A DNA stretch of 64,000 nt, taken from positions 25,544,001 to 25,608,000 of the forward strand of contig CM060731.1 of assembly GCA_030704615.1 (NCBI GenBank), in the 5' to 3' direction. A program made the translations under genes and the position numbers. The first letter of the stretch is position 1. The number at the start of each line of letters is the position of its first letter. The notes beneath the pieces are model-generated. The model was given only the letters and a program-made list of their open reading frames with translations. It was not told the origin of the DNA and did no database searches. This document shows, one piece after another, positions 14,401 to 26,640 of the stretch. This stretch comes from Takakia lepidozioides (taxonomy: Eukaryota > Plantae > Bryophyta).

Positions 14401-16209
14401 CAGGCAGAGATTGAAACACGGCCTGGCAAGACCAAGCTGACTCTCGCAAGAACCTTGTAAACATCAGGAAGAATACCAAATCATGGTACTAACAGGAGGC
14501 AGAGATTGAAACACAGCCTGGCAATAACCTGTTGTGTGTGCTGCTTGTGTCTGTAGTCAGATAATGTCGGATCGATCTATGAATCTGGACCCACACTCGA
14601 TCCCTGCTCCTTCAGCTATCCATGCATGTGCTTGCATGGTGAACGATGGCGGAAAACGCAGAGCTCCTGCAGTTCAAGAAGATCAAGATCCGGGCATTGC
14701 GGGCAGTTCCAAAAACATTGGCGCGGCGATTTCTATTGGTCTATTTCTCACGGGCCGTTCGGGTAGATTTCAAAGAAATTGACGACGATGATGTGGCGAC
14801 GATGACGTGGCGACGAAACGTGGCGATGATGATGTGGCACTATGGCACCCTATTCCTGCTCTACGCTAAATTAGCTTCCGACCTTCGGTCGTCGCTAGAA
14901 CTAGGGCTTCGCGTTGCTCCGCACTACTAGCGAAAAATTCTGAGAACTTTCACAAAAAGGGCCGGGACATCCGCATGGTGTTACATAGACACATCTGATG
15001 TTTCATTGTTTCACGGAAGAAGAATGGCCGTTCAATCTCAATACTATGAACTAAAAGATAATCCCGTTACCCGCATATAGTGGGGAGGTCTGCACCTCGA
15101 TGTATATTAAGTATGGCTTGGCCGGTTTCCTACAAACAATATAGAGCATGGTGGGCGATGTGGCAGGTCTGCATCCCTTGGTACTTGGACTGGATGAGAA
15201 GAGGTTTAGCCAATCTGATGTGTGATGCACCTGCCTGTCTACCCCAGAATTGAATGGGATGGTGTTGGTTGGGATTGTGGGAAGGTGGTTGTGATAAATC
15301 TGTGAGTGAATTGTCAATCCCATATTGCAGCCACTGCATTGAATGTGTTGGGGAAAACAAGGGAAGCTCTTGAAGTGATGTCTTAGATTGATGCGGCATG
15401 ACAAATTCGAACTTTGACTTCAAACAGATGGGTGCATGACATTAAACCAGATAAAAGTGTAGACATTTTCTTTCTACACCTATTTCTGTCTTCATCTCCT
15501 TCAATCACTAAATTCCTCTGAGACAAATTGTGAGTTGATTGCAGGCCCAGAGCTGCTGCTGACTTCCACATTGACTGGTGACCTCCCAACAGAGTGCTAA
15601 AACCTTGGCTCCTTACTGTCATTTCTATCTGCCTTTCAAATTGTTGGAAAGTTGTGAGCAAAGATAATGGATCCAATGGGAGTGGCAACAGCAACCCAAG
15701 GCAGAGAAGTAACTGGTTTTCTGACATGTTCCTCTTAGACTTTCAAATTCTAACTGGCTTGCATTCCACATCCAATCAGCTGATGCTACCTCTACTTCCA
15801 CACGATTCAGTCTCCTACATGTAAAGAACGCCACTATTCCAATAATACATATGCAACTATGAACAAGATAATAGTTGGAAAGTTAACAGATCAGGGATCG
15901 TTCTCAAATTCGCACACAAAGAAAATGGGGAGAGGTGCAGTATGGCAGGCACAGGATATTATGTGCAAAAGATATGGTATGTATCACTTTTGCAACTTTG
16001 CTCGAGCATCGAAAGGGCCAGGATCAAAGCCTGGAATCACTTCATTATTGGTGAGGTAACCGTATCCATCTTCATGATTAATTAGCTAATGGTATGGCTT
16101 GCATTCTCTACAGTACATGTACCGAGTAATCGATCATTTTTCATTGCCAGACCACGACAGTAGCACACTTTCCTGTATCTTTTTCTCATAATCTCCAACC
16201 ATTATACCA

Positions 16210-16470
16210 ATACCCTGCTCCAAGTAAATATGATATCCAGTTCAGGCATTTTTATACATCCACCTTGGTCTCGCACTTGGCATGCATGTTGACAAGGGTG
16301 TTGAGTAGAGAGTTGTGTGGATTGAATCCCATTTCTGATGATATGGCAGTGCACCAGCTCTCCCTCTGCTGGGCCTTTTATGCTGATGCACTTTTGCAAG
16401 AGACAGGAATAAGTATTCTGCAGCAATGCCTTGAAAGGTTCAAGATGTCCAGCACCTCTGTCAAATGTCT
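16210..16470 (-). pseudogene. N-terminal PPR gene fragment
   Basis: NTYSCLLQKCISIKGPAEGELVHCHIIRNG, followed after a frameshift by LLNTLVNMHAKC. Confidence 0.7.
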
Positions 16471-17054
16471 GCAATGTGTACTCACATCCCCACAAATGCT
16501 GGAAGAGTTGTTGTTGACTCCCTCTCTTGGTCCTCATTCAAAAGCCGTCGAGTGCAGGTGTCCAATCAAGCAACTGTGCCTCATTCAACTAACATTTCTG
16601 TCTGCTTGAGGTGGAACTCTTATATGATCCACTAAACAGTACCCTATCTCCTGTCGGCCTGGGGTTCCATGGTGCACATTGACAGATTGTGATTGATCTT
16701 GTGCCATGGCAGATAAATGACCAACCCTCAATCCAAAGGCCCGCCTGTGTGCCATTCTGAGTCTGGTGATCTTGATCCTCTTCTTGACTGAATTCAGAGC
16801 TTTAACCACCACCTTCTCTGCTTTAATCACAGAAGCTTAAAGCCTCTAAACGGGGAACCCGAAATGCTGCTACCAAGGAAGTCAACCGATACCAAAAGTA
16901 GAAACCGCTTGTAACAAAGAGCAGAATTGTGGTTGATTTTAAGCTACCTGATACAATACTGTTGTCAGCATCACAAACCCTCCCTCACCATCTGCCAGAG
17001 CTGATAGTTTCTCCTTGATAGACCTGTGCACGATTACTGCCCCAACATCAGTAC

Positions 17055-19059
17055 TTAGCCAGCAACTGGTGGCTCTGCTGTGGTGATGGCGCTCTGTCCA
17101 GCAGGTGAATTCGCCAGCCCTCGGGGTGGGGGCATCATCTCCAGCATCTTGCTTGCATGCTCGTAAAAACTTGCCAAGTTGGCCCCCAAGTTCTTGGCAA
17201 TAGAGTCCTGGAGCAAAATCAGGTAGGTGTCATGCGTATCCTGCTGTGTGGCCAGAGTGAGCGCAACCCTAGACTCCATAGCTCCAAGGTCGTTCTTTAT
17301 TTCGTTCTTGATTGAGATAGCATGGGTTGCCAATTTTTGGTCGATTTCGGACATCATTGCCTCGTGCTCTTGCTTGGAGCTGGTGCCTGTCTTGATGTTG
17401 AGAGACTGCACAGTGTCCGCTAAAGCTTGATTAATATTGGCTACCCGCAGCCTCTCCAGAATGCCGGCTGCGGAGGGTGTAGCCCCGCTCAGACTGTTCG
17501 TGTGGGGTTCGAATGTGACATACTTGTCAATGACAAGTATATGAGGCCGATTACACCACTGGGTGTACACAATTGGATTCTTGCAGGTGATTAGATCAAG
17601 ACCTGTGTGCTTGACTTTCTCGGTTCTGGCTAACTTGCCGAAATGAATGTGCTCCAGGTTGTCTTTGCCCATGATGTCGCGAATTGCCACTTCAGTTGCA
17701 GTCTGTGAGTGGAGTGGGTTGAGGGTCTTGAGCACCAACGTGAGGGCGTCCCTCTCTGCTACAATCTCTTGTTGTGATGCAGCTTGTCCCGTCATACTGG
17801 TCCTTCTTGTGCGAACCACTGGCTTGATCAACGTGTGGTTTACTTGCACTCCCTGAATCAGCATCCGCTGCCTTGTGTCTTCTGCAGCCATGTAGATGAA
17901 GTAGAATGATGTGTCTGGGCCCGTTGTAGACATACATGATTTCGTATTCGTCACCGCGGTAGTATGTTTCCACAATGGTATGCATGGTTAGCTTAAAGCT
18001 GGTTGTACCCAGCAGAGCTTCGCTTGACATGTAGAGCGATAGATGATCTGGTGAGGCAGGGAGGTCAAACGCCTTCTCGATTTTACCTCTTCTTGGTACA
18101 CCGGAGGCCATTTCCAATACAAAGGCCCTGTCGCCTCGTAAGAGAGCCAGCCCGTCTGTGTGTGGGTGAAGTAGCTCGACCTTTAGTAGCCCAGACCAAT
18201 TCTTGCTTCCGTGTTTCGTGTACGCAGTAAGGGGTGAGTATAAGATCTTCCCGAGAGGGATGTTCATTGATTCGAATCGCTTCCGTGCTGCTCTGTATAG
18301 GGCCTGCGCTTTGGGCTTATCGAAGTCTTTGTCGAATCGTATCATCATGTGCGGAGGGGATAGCGGTATCCCAGACACCGGATTCAATTGGGTGCCCTTG
18401 GACAGTTATGTAAGTGGGTATAGTTGGCCCTCTCGCCCGTCCGGTCTTGTTGCTGGGAAGAGAAGTTGAGGCACCCTTGGGTAGGAATTGAGGCAGTGTT
18501 GCATATCATAGATTTTTGCATGGTAGAGGCCCAAGCTTTGGAGCTCGAAGCCCGACCGCTCCTCGGTGACATAAGGGGCATTGGAATCTTCCGCGATTTG
18601 TTACAGTGTCGGGTGTCCCATCCATAGTTGAGGGGTGGTGTAGGAGCTTGATGTGTTCCTGACTTGTAGAGGACCGGACTCAGCGAGTCCCCGGGACTTC
18701 TTAGAGTCTGAGTGACTGCTGCCCATGTCACTGTCAAATTTGCTTGAAGTTCGTTTGGTGCGGAGATTGATTGCCTGCATATCTGCCAGTGCGTTGGGTG
18801 CTGTGGGAAGCATGCGCTTGAGTGTACGTGTATATGGTGGTGTGATATCTGCTTGTATGGCATCGGTTTGCTTGTGCCCCCCCTTGGATGGGCTGTGTGT
18901 CGACTGTTCGTGGGCACCGGGCTCGGCGGCAAAGTATTGTTCTTCGGACGGGTGCATATCACTGGCGGCCACTTCTTCCTCGGGAAGGTACTCCATGTCT
19001 TTGTCGTTGTCCATGATGAGCTTCCGTGAGATAACACTATGCAAAGGGGGATTGCACAC
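17055..19059 (-). mobile_element. Frameshifted intronless ORF (about 650 codons), probably ORF1 of a non-LTR retrotransposon; no ORF2 downstream
   Basis: Overlapping ORFs 18601..19059, 17692..18387 and 17055..17975 give an acidic, disordered N-terminus, alternating beta/alpha RRM-like blocks (LTLVLKTLN...IRDIMGKDNLEHIHF...LITC...YVTFEPH) and a C-terminal coiled coil. The family assignment is from recollection of bryophyte repeat ORFs, not a search. Confidence 0.45.
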
Positions 19060-20155
19060 TGGCTTTCTTACTACGGGTCACTATGTGGGATTTGAGACTA
19101 GACTATTTCTGTATGCTGCCTGCACCTTTCAGAGTGCTTCCTAACTTTGAGCTAGACATACGTAAGTGGGTATTGGTGATTGTGAATTGGGGCAGGGTAG
19201 GTAGCTGTGGTGGGAATTAGTCTGACTTGGGGGTGAGGGCGACAGGGTGTAGAGGCTGCGTAGCAAGAGCGGAGACTAGTGCAGCATGAGTAAGGCAAAG
19301 CGAAGTGGGGAGTGTGGGGGCAGTGCATTCTGTTGGGCTATCTGTATGGGTAATATTGGTGTGTTTGAGGTGATTGTGGCATACTTGGTAAGTGTCCCTG
19401 CTCAGATTGTAAATTGGAGCAGGGCCGAGTTTGATGAGAGGAAAAACAGGCTGAAATAGGTCGAAGAAGGTGCCCTCACCACATTGTCCTTGACCATGTG
19501 TCATGACCCATGGAGGATTTGGCCGACCATCAACCAAAAAGGACCTCTTGTGTGTGTTGCTTATGTCTGTAGTCAGGTAATGTTGGATTGGTCTGTGAGA
19601 ACCACCACGGTGCGCATGCAAAGATTGAAACACGGTCTGCGAAGATGGTTTGCAGGATGGACAAACTTCTTCACATCTTACATTAAGTATTAGATAATGT
19701 CAATGTGGAGGAGCATTATCGAGAATAATCCGAGCTGCGGGAGCAGCTAGTTTGCGAGGATTATATGAGATTGCTTTGACGGATGGACATGATCTTACTT
19801 AATATGTCGGTATGGCTATTTGTCATTCAACGATTCATCCAAAACGGGTTTTCATCCAACGTATATGGAGACACCTGCATATGGAGACAATTATCGCTAA
19901 TAATATCATACCTGATTTAGGGAGACTACTATTAAGAAAAGGCACACCTTGCGATTGCGGTTGTCCCACTATCGTGAAAGTACTCATAATCTGTGAACGT
20001 CTCCATCTGCGAATCGCGAGAGATCAGTTGCTGGTATTGTTGAGCAAGGGATCTGCTGTGTGCCACAGACATCAATTTCGCTGCTCAGAGAGGGAGAGGT
20101 GCTTCTGGGTTTGCTCTAGGCTTGCTCTAGGCTGGAAACTAGTAGGCACCAGGTC

Positions 20156-20466
20156 CTGTAGCAAGAAAGGCTCGAAATAATAACCTGAACACAACGTCTG
20201 TTTGGCAGACTGATTGGCTCAGAAATCCGTATGCGAGGCTGCTGCAATATTTTCAATCTATAAATCCAGTGGATCTTGCCTTGAGTTTTTGATGCCCAAT
20301 GTGCAATGAATTCAGTAGGTAGTTTGACTGCTAGGAACATTATCTGGTGTGGCAGGTATGAGCCCATGTGGTACATGCTGGGGAGCCAGTACTTTTTGCA
20401 TGCATATGGCCCAATTTATGCTGTGTCTTCCGTGGTGGCAGGTCTGTCAGTTGCTAGAAATGACAG
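20156..20466 (+). pseudogene. Second copy of a GT31 galactosyltransferase intron plus exon
   Basis: Exon 20356-20466 YEPMWYMLGSQYFLHAYGPIYAVS...ARND with AG/GT borders. 20156-20382 matches 24119-24372. Confidence 0.8.
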
Positions 20467-21921
20467 GTATTGTTGTCATGAAGCTCCTAGTTTATTAAAA
20501 GTCTCATTGTATACTCTACTTGTGGGAATCAGGCCATAATCTGTGACTACACTTTACTGTCACGACTTGATTTTGAGGTGCAATGAGTGAACATTTCAGT
20601 ATTACTGACTGAGTGGGAGTGTCCTTTGAGCTCGAAGGTGGAAATGTCTCCAGGACCTGTACCTCATCTGAGATGAATAAAATCTGTGTAGAATTTCTAA
20701 ACTACGCAGAGGAAAGGTGATTGAATCAACTTGGAGAGGTCATATCTCAAGCTGTGATTGTTTGTAAGTTTAAAAGAAGGTCCGAGACCTTCTTTTAAGG
20801 GCAGGTCAAGGGTTTAAAAGTTCACGAAGGTCCGCCCTCCAATTCGGAAATGGGCATGTTTGGAGACTCAACCTCTGGATCTTCCTGAAAATTTTCTGAC
20901 ATATCTAGGAAGTGCCTGCCTAATTCAAAGGTGAAATTCTCGCTTGGATGAGAGAGGGGGTCTAATGTGCATAGTGGGCCTGTTTATCAGAGTTTCTCAA
21001 AATGCTGGAGGCAGTTAGGGTCAAGACTATTTGAAATTGTTGACAATGGAGATCGACTCATAACAAATCTGAACCTCGGGGTAGAAAAGCTCGCTGGCAA
21101 AAAGTGTACATAATATTATTTTGCCAGGAGTGCGCTTATACAACAGTTGAGAATTAGGTTGTGCAAGCATACCTACTAAAACAAGTGTTCCGCAACAATT
21201 GATATAAAGGATCACGTTAGTACTGTGCATCTGGTGGTCTTTACCATACATGAGATATGAGTTTGGGAGCCCCACTGAAGTCCTAAATGATTAGACACCA
21301 TAGGATCCGTTCTTCAACAAAATCCACTGGCAAACATTACAAATATAGGAAGGGAGGTCTAATGTCAGCAAGCAATTTGTTCTCTAATCCTGCGTTGGAA
21401 ATTACATCAAGAGGGGGGGAAGGCCCTGTAACTCATATTAGAGTGGTGTCCTGGGAAAAATAACCAGGCATACATGGTAAACAATCGGGTAATACCCAGA
21501 CAAGTTAGGAGCCTCGAAGGGCAAGCTAGTCTATATCCTCAGACCACGGCTCACTGTGGGACAGCTAGCTACTAGCCGCGGTTGTTCTGAACAAATACAC
21601 TGCGAGCACTTAGAGCGCGCAGAGACCACCTTCATCTCGAGCAGCGAGAAAACTGAAGGATGTACCAGAGATGAAGCCATGTCTTAATTAAGGCAGCCAA
21701 CTATAAGACCTGAAAACAGGCCTGAGTCCAACTAGCTAATCATCAGTTTCCAACAATAAGCTTGCGCGGCCTGATCCCAGTACACAGCCAGAATTGAAAC
21801 CATCGTGACTGATCCATTGTCAAGGCAGGGGCAGAGATGACGATAAGTCTTCAGCGCTTCTGCCTGAGTGCCTCAAAATTCAGATGTGAAAAATTCAGAT
21901 GCAGCATGTCAAGAGTATATG

Positions 21922-22593
21922 TTAAGTGGTGAGGCCCTGCAGAAAGGGACGTTGATCCAGAATATGAGGTAGCATCTGGTAGAATGACAATGGTCTGGAA
22001 CAGACACCATATTGAGCGTTCCTGCACCTTGCGTCCTTTTCAGCCTGCAAGTAGTTGATAGCTTTGAAGAAATCATCTGTGAAGGCGGGCACATGCTCAA
22101 CGGGCACACGATCAGCTCGATCGACTGTTCGTCTCTTCCGCAATTTTCCTCCCAGTGTGAATTTGAACTTGATCTTCCCATCAGGGCTGTCGCAGAGCCC
22201 ACTTCTACATTCACAACGCGGCTGGCCTTTGGTGATGGATCCGTTGTTCCAATAGAGGAACTTAATCTTGTCAGACAGACAGCGAGGACACTTCTTCTCC
22301 AATGGATGAAGCTCCAGAAAACGCTCAAGCTCGGCCGTGTCTCCTGCCTCACCTCTTTTTCTTTTCTTGGTTGTTGCTTGCTCAGAATCGGCCGCCATTC
22401 GTTCAACTTCCTGCAGAGCAAGGTCTTGCGTTGCCTGAATGTCAGGGATCTCTCCACCATAGATCTTTGGTGCAAGTTCACCAGGTTGTTGCTGTTGCAG
22501 TGGTCCAATCTCACCATCGGGACCTTTGACGAAATCCTCTAGAAACTGCATCCAATCTGTCTCATCAGTGTAAGTTTCTGCAAATTCCCCCAT
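21922..22593 (-). CDS. Intronless 223-aa ORF with a divergent Dof-like zinc finger and a basic NLS-like motif
   Basis: KKCPRCLSDKIKFLYWNNGSITKGQPRCECRSGLC versus the Dof consensus CPRCxSxxTKFCYYNNYxxxQPRxFCxxC. KKRKR upstream, acidic N-terminus, uninterrupted frame. Confidence 0.6.
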   Translation of the reverse strand: MGEFAETYTDETDWMQFLEDFVKGPDGEIGPLQQQQPGELAPKIYGGEIPDIQATQDLALQEVERMAADSEQATTKKRKRGEAGDTAELERFLELHPLEKKCPRCLSDKIKFLYWNNGSITKGQPRCECRSGLCDSPDGKIKFKFTLGGKLRKRRTVDRADRVPVEHVPAFTDDFFKAINYLQAEKDARCRNAQYGVCSRPLSFYQMLPHILDQRPFLQGLTT

Positions 22594-22915
22594 GAAGCGC
22601 GCAACGACGAGCCGATGCACACACACATGCGCCACCCCTCAGCACCAAAGTCTCAGGCGTAATGAGGATAGCAGTGTGGATCATACCCGCGCACAAGTAT
22701 GATTTGGAGTGTTTCCTTTGAAGGACAATAGGCCACATTTCCTAGTTAAGACACTGAGCTGTCGAGAAACGGGCCCTCGTCTTTCCCAGGTGTTTTCCCA
22801 GGTTAAAAGTTTCACATCAGTTTACACTTTTCACTTTTCACTTTTCAATTAACACTTTTCACTTTTCACCTGGGCAGGGAACTCATGTTGGATGTTTTGT
22901 GGGAGATGTATGCAG

Positions 22916-24372
22916 CCTTGAGAAAGCCACAGGACTAGCGTTCAGATTTGTATAGGGCATACTAGTGACTCCAGGAAAATGAGGGCACTGGAGGAGGAGA
23001 TTGCAACGACTTCATTCGCATTGATGTTGATGAAAACTGCCACAAGCTTACGCTCAAACGTATCCCTCTCTCTCTCTCTCTCTCTCTAACTAAATTTCAG
23101 CAGTGCTCGCATGAACTGTTTAGAGGCTGTGGGACTTACTTGGTGGGACCCCCTTTCACTTATCTCTTCAGTCGAAGAGTAAAGCCTTTTCCTACATCAG
23201 CCTCTCCTACCCTCTCCCTATCCCTGGAAGCTCTGGGGCCTCTTCTGTAGGCCACCCCTTCATTATTTGGTTCTGATGTGAATATTGTATATGTCTGAAA
23301 TCTTCCAAACACATTGCTATGACTGTGGGCTATTCAATCAATTGATTTACCCTAATCTTTAATCGAGGAGCCATAATTCCAATAGCACCCTGATGTACCT
23401 GCTGAGATGGAGTGTGATGGATGGCAATGCAGGTTGGCTTTTTTCAAAGCAGTGTACATGCTCTTTGCCGCTGACTTCTATGTCAAGGCAGACGATGACA
23501 TATATTTGCGGCCAGGTACTATGCTGACATGGCCCATTCGAAAACGAACAAGACAATAGGGGGGGAAAAGTGTTCGCCCTTTACAGCCACATTGAGTAGG
23601 GTGCTGCTTCTGATGGGTTTCCTTTGATAAACTATTAGCTCCTTGGATTGCAATGACAGTAAGATCAAACTTTCTTCAGGTGCAGCTGTGCACAAGTTTT
23701 TTGGGATGGCTTCATTGGCTCACTGCACTGGATGTGTCAAAGCAATCAACTGTATCATGGTAGCATTCTAGTATAGTATATGTGCAGATCGGTTGGCTAC
23801 TTTGTTGGCCAAGGAACGACCGAGTCGTAGGACATATCTGGGATGCATGAAAAAAGGCCCTGTTATCACAGATCCGGGCCTCAAATGGTATGTTTACCCT
23901 GTATGCAAGAGAATATATCAATAATGTGAACATTTGCTCATGATGGTCAATCAGATGGCTTGCTCTTGCCTGGGGCTTTTAAACTTCCCAGTGCTTGCTG
24001 TTGCATGCTTCGCTCAGAATTTTTGCATCATTGTGAACCCTCTTCTCCATTATGCTGACATCATCAACATTATCATGTCTCTCCCACTCAGATTCCCTGC
24101 AATGATGGTGCCTTCAGGCTGTAGCAAGAAAGGCTCGAAATAATAACCTCAACACAGCGTCTGTTTGGAAGACTGATTGGCTCAGAAATCCGTATGCTCT
24201 CGCTAAGTCCAAGTCTAGTCTCAGCAAATTAAGAGGCTGCTACAATATTTTCAATTTACAAATCCAGTGGATCTTGCCTTGAGTTTTTGATGCCCAATGA
24301 ATTCAGTCGGTTGTTTGACTGCTAGGAACATTATCTGGTGTGGCAGGTATGAGCCCATGTGGTACATGCTGG
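22916..24372 (+). pseudogene. Captured multi-exon fragment of a GT31 beta-1,3-galactosyltransferase
   Basis: Exons ~22916-23059 (LEKATGLAFRFV..., frameshifted), 23433-23515 ([27 protein letters not shown]), 23788-23887 ([34 protein letters not shown]) and 24347-24372 (YEPMWYML, truncated). Confidence 0.88.
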
Positions 24373-24529
24373 AGAATGATCGCCTTGATAAAAAATAATT
24401 GTCTTGATATTGATATCTGTTTTCAATGTTTTACACAGTCTGTTCAAATATTTACCAAACTATGGTTTTAATTGGTATTTTCTACGTGTAAAGCACATCT
24501 TGGCAGGATCTCCTGATTACTGAATGCTC

Positions 24530-25525
24530 AAGCTTCTCACATTCATGTTCATTTCTCATTATAGTGCCTCCTCCACATCATGCCATACAAAGCACATGTC
24601 AGGCACATACCCAGTCCTTGGACAAGTTCTTCAGCTTCGCATGAATTTCCTCCATTTGTGGATGCAGCATGTCTTCTGCTATGAATTTTTGCACCTGGTC
24701 GTCTACCTCAATGCAGCTATGCCCAGGCTCCTTCTGTCACACCTGCCCCCAAATCATTGTTCTCACCTTTGCTGCATACCTGCCAGCCACTGCATATATG
24801 CTTGATAGTAGCATGTAAGTTGCAGCTGATAGTGGATCCAACTAGAGAAGGGATGTGCTGCACATTCTGCTAGCTCTACATTGCCAATTCTGCAGGCAGC
24901 AAGCAAGGCCCCACAAAGTGAAGCATCTGGTTCCATTGGCATGTCATCAATGAAGTCATCGACATCATCCAATTGCCCTGCACGGCCAAGAAGATCCACC
25001 ATGCAGCCAAAATCCTCCACTCCAGGAGTAAGGCCATGATCTTGACTCATGCAATCGAAGTAGTGGCGGCCTTCATCCACCAGGCCCGCCTGGCTACAAG
25101 CAGAGAGAAGACAGAGAAAGGTGATACTGTCCGGTTTCAACCCTTCCTGTTGCATTTGTTCAAATAGTCCGAGGGCCTCCCGACCACACCCATGCTGGGC
25201 ATATCCTGCCATCATGGTGCTCCATGAGACCACGTGTTGACATATCGTTGAGCCATATCGTTGAACACTTGACGTGCACTCTTTAAGCTCCTGCATTGGC
25301 AAACATGTTGACAAGGGCAGTCTCGAGGATATAATCAGGCACAATCCCAGCTTTGAGGACGTCAGCATGTACCTCTGTGCCTTTTTCAAGAGCTGCCAGG
25401 CTGGCACAGGCCTTGCGAACACAAATGTACGTGACCTCATGGGGGTCACCCCTGTCTGTATCATTTGGTCATACATGTTGACAGCCTCCTTACCCCACCC
25501 ATTCGCCGCATATCCTGCAGTCATG
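24530..25525 (-). pseudogene. C-terminal PLS-E-(DYW) PPR fragment with a PG box and truncated DYW start
   Basis: VVSWSTMMAGYAQHG, LLSACSQAGLVDEG, CMVDLLGRAGQL, ALLAACRIGNVELAE, then PGHSCIEVDDQVQKF and GYVPD..FVWHDVEE with stops and frameshifts. Confidence 0.88.
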
Positions 25526-25580
25526 GACTTGAGAAAAAGACAGAATTCACAACAGGTTGCTGCAATGTATATCCAAAGAC

Positions 25581-26640
25581 CTGTTTGGCGTCCCTGCAGC
25601 AATATTGACGCGCTCTTCTAAGGCAGTCACCTGAAAAACACAGAAAAATCCATATGTGAACCCCAGGTGAAAATCAACTTCTACTAAGGCTGCCAGGTAT
25701 CAGCTGCAAGGAGATTTGAAGCTGATTACTGCTACACATGGTTATAAACCTGAAAATGTTGCACACATGACTTGGCATATCCACCAGTGTGGCCTCCAAC
25801 AGATTTCTCACATCCTGTCAGCTCTTTGAGGCTCTGCTTGCAGGAGTTCAGCGATCCAGAGTCTGGTACATATGTGTGGCTCTAGGAACGCAGTATGTAA
25901 CTCAGAAATTTGAAGGATGTAGCATGCCACTAAGCTTGATCAACAATCAGACTAGAACACAAAGCCAGCACCACAGTATCCATTGTCGAGCTCTCAAGTG
26001 ATGTTCTATGCACCTGCTCCTCCACCTTGATATGCTTGGCAAATAGCTTGACAGGTTTACACTTGCCTGTGAACACCTTCAATCCCCTGTTCATAAAACC
26101 ACGGGAGTCTCCCTGTCAGCTGCCACAAACCCACTTTCACCATCATCACCCCTTCAAGAAAACTTATTGAATGTGGTGCTTTGTGCTCGTCATGGACGGA
26201 TTAAGTCATTTCAGGTTTTCTCTAAAACAGGCTCTTTTGCCTTGAAACTCTAGCCCATGGGGCAAGAATTCACGTTGTTGGAACAAACAAGCAAATTAAA
26301 AGTGACAAATTAGAACAAACAGAATGCCTTAGCGACCCCAGAGTGTGATATATACACATATATATAAATATATATCTCACCTCAGAAGCTCAACACATCA
26401 TATAGCAGAGCTGCAGAGGACCAGAACAACTGGGCTGCCAGCTTCACTTGCCACTCCAGCCTTGTCTTCTCCACAAAGGATATCCTTCCACGTGGGCCCA
26501 ATCATTGTTTTCACATGTGCCCCTAAACTCTCCACACTGTGATCTCTTTCTTCTGAGATCTGAACTACTCTGTCTTCTGCTCGAAACCACCGAGAACAAG
26601 TCTTAAATAACCTCCTCATTCTCTGAAACACTCCCTCCCG
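25581..26640 (-). pseudogene. CMS1: Captured 3-exon fragment of CMS1/CMSS1 (U3-associated pre-ribosomal, helicase-like protein)
   Basis: Exons ~26640-26381 (GSPVVLVLCSSAI*CVELLR, premature TGA), 26086-26014 (GLKVFTGKCKPVKLFAKHIKVEEQ) and 25630-25581 (VTALEERVNIAAGTPN), all with GT-AG borders. Confidence 0.8.

Noticed and set aside
15050-16100. Short ORFs in unit 2 (15051-15834, also 16585-16830 and 19700-20150) as additional cargo genes
   Set aside because: Coding-like in places but no family was recognisable by eye; needs BLASTX.
22771-22880. (ACTTTTC)n tract as the partner terminus of the (TGAAAAA)n tract at 81-120, or a small MITE
   Set aside because: Only low-complexity similarity and an 8-bp inverted match; no convincing TIR or TSD.
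24530-26640. Premature stops (e.g. TGA in CMS1) corrected by U-to-C RNA editing
   Set aside because: This is nuclear sequence with accompanying frameshifts. CGA>TGA is simply explained by methyl-CpG decay.
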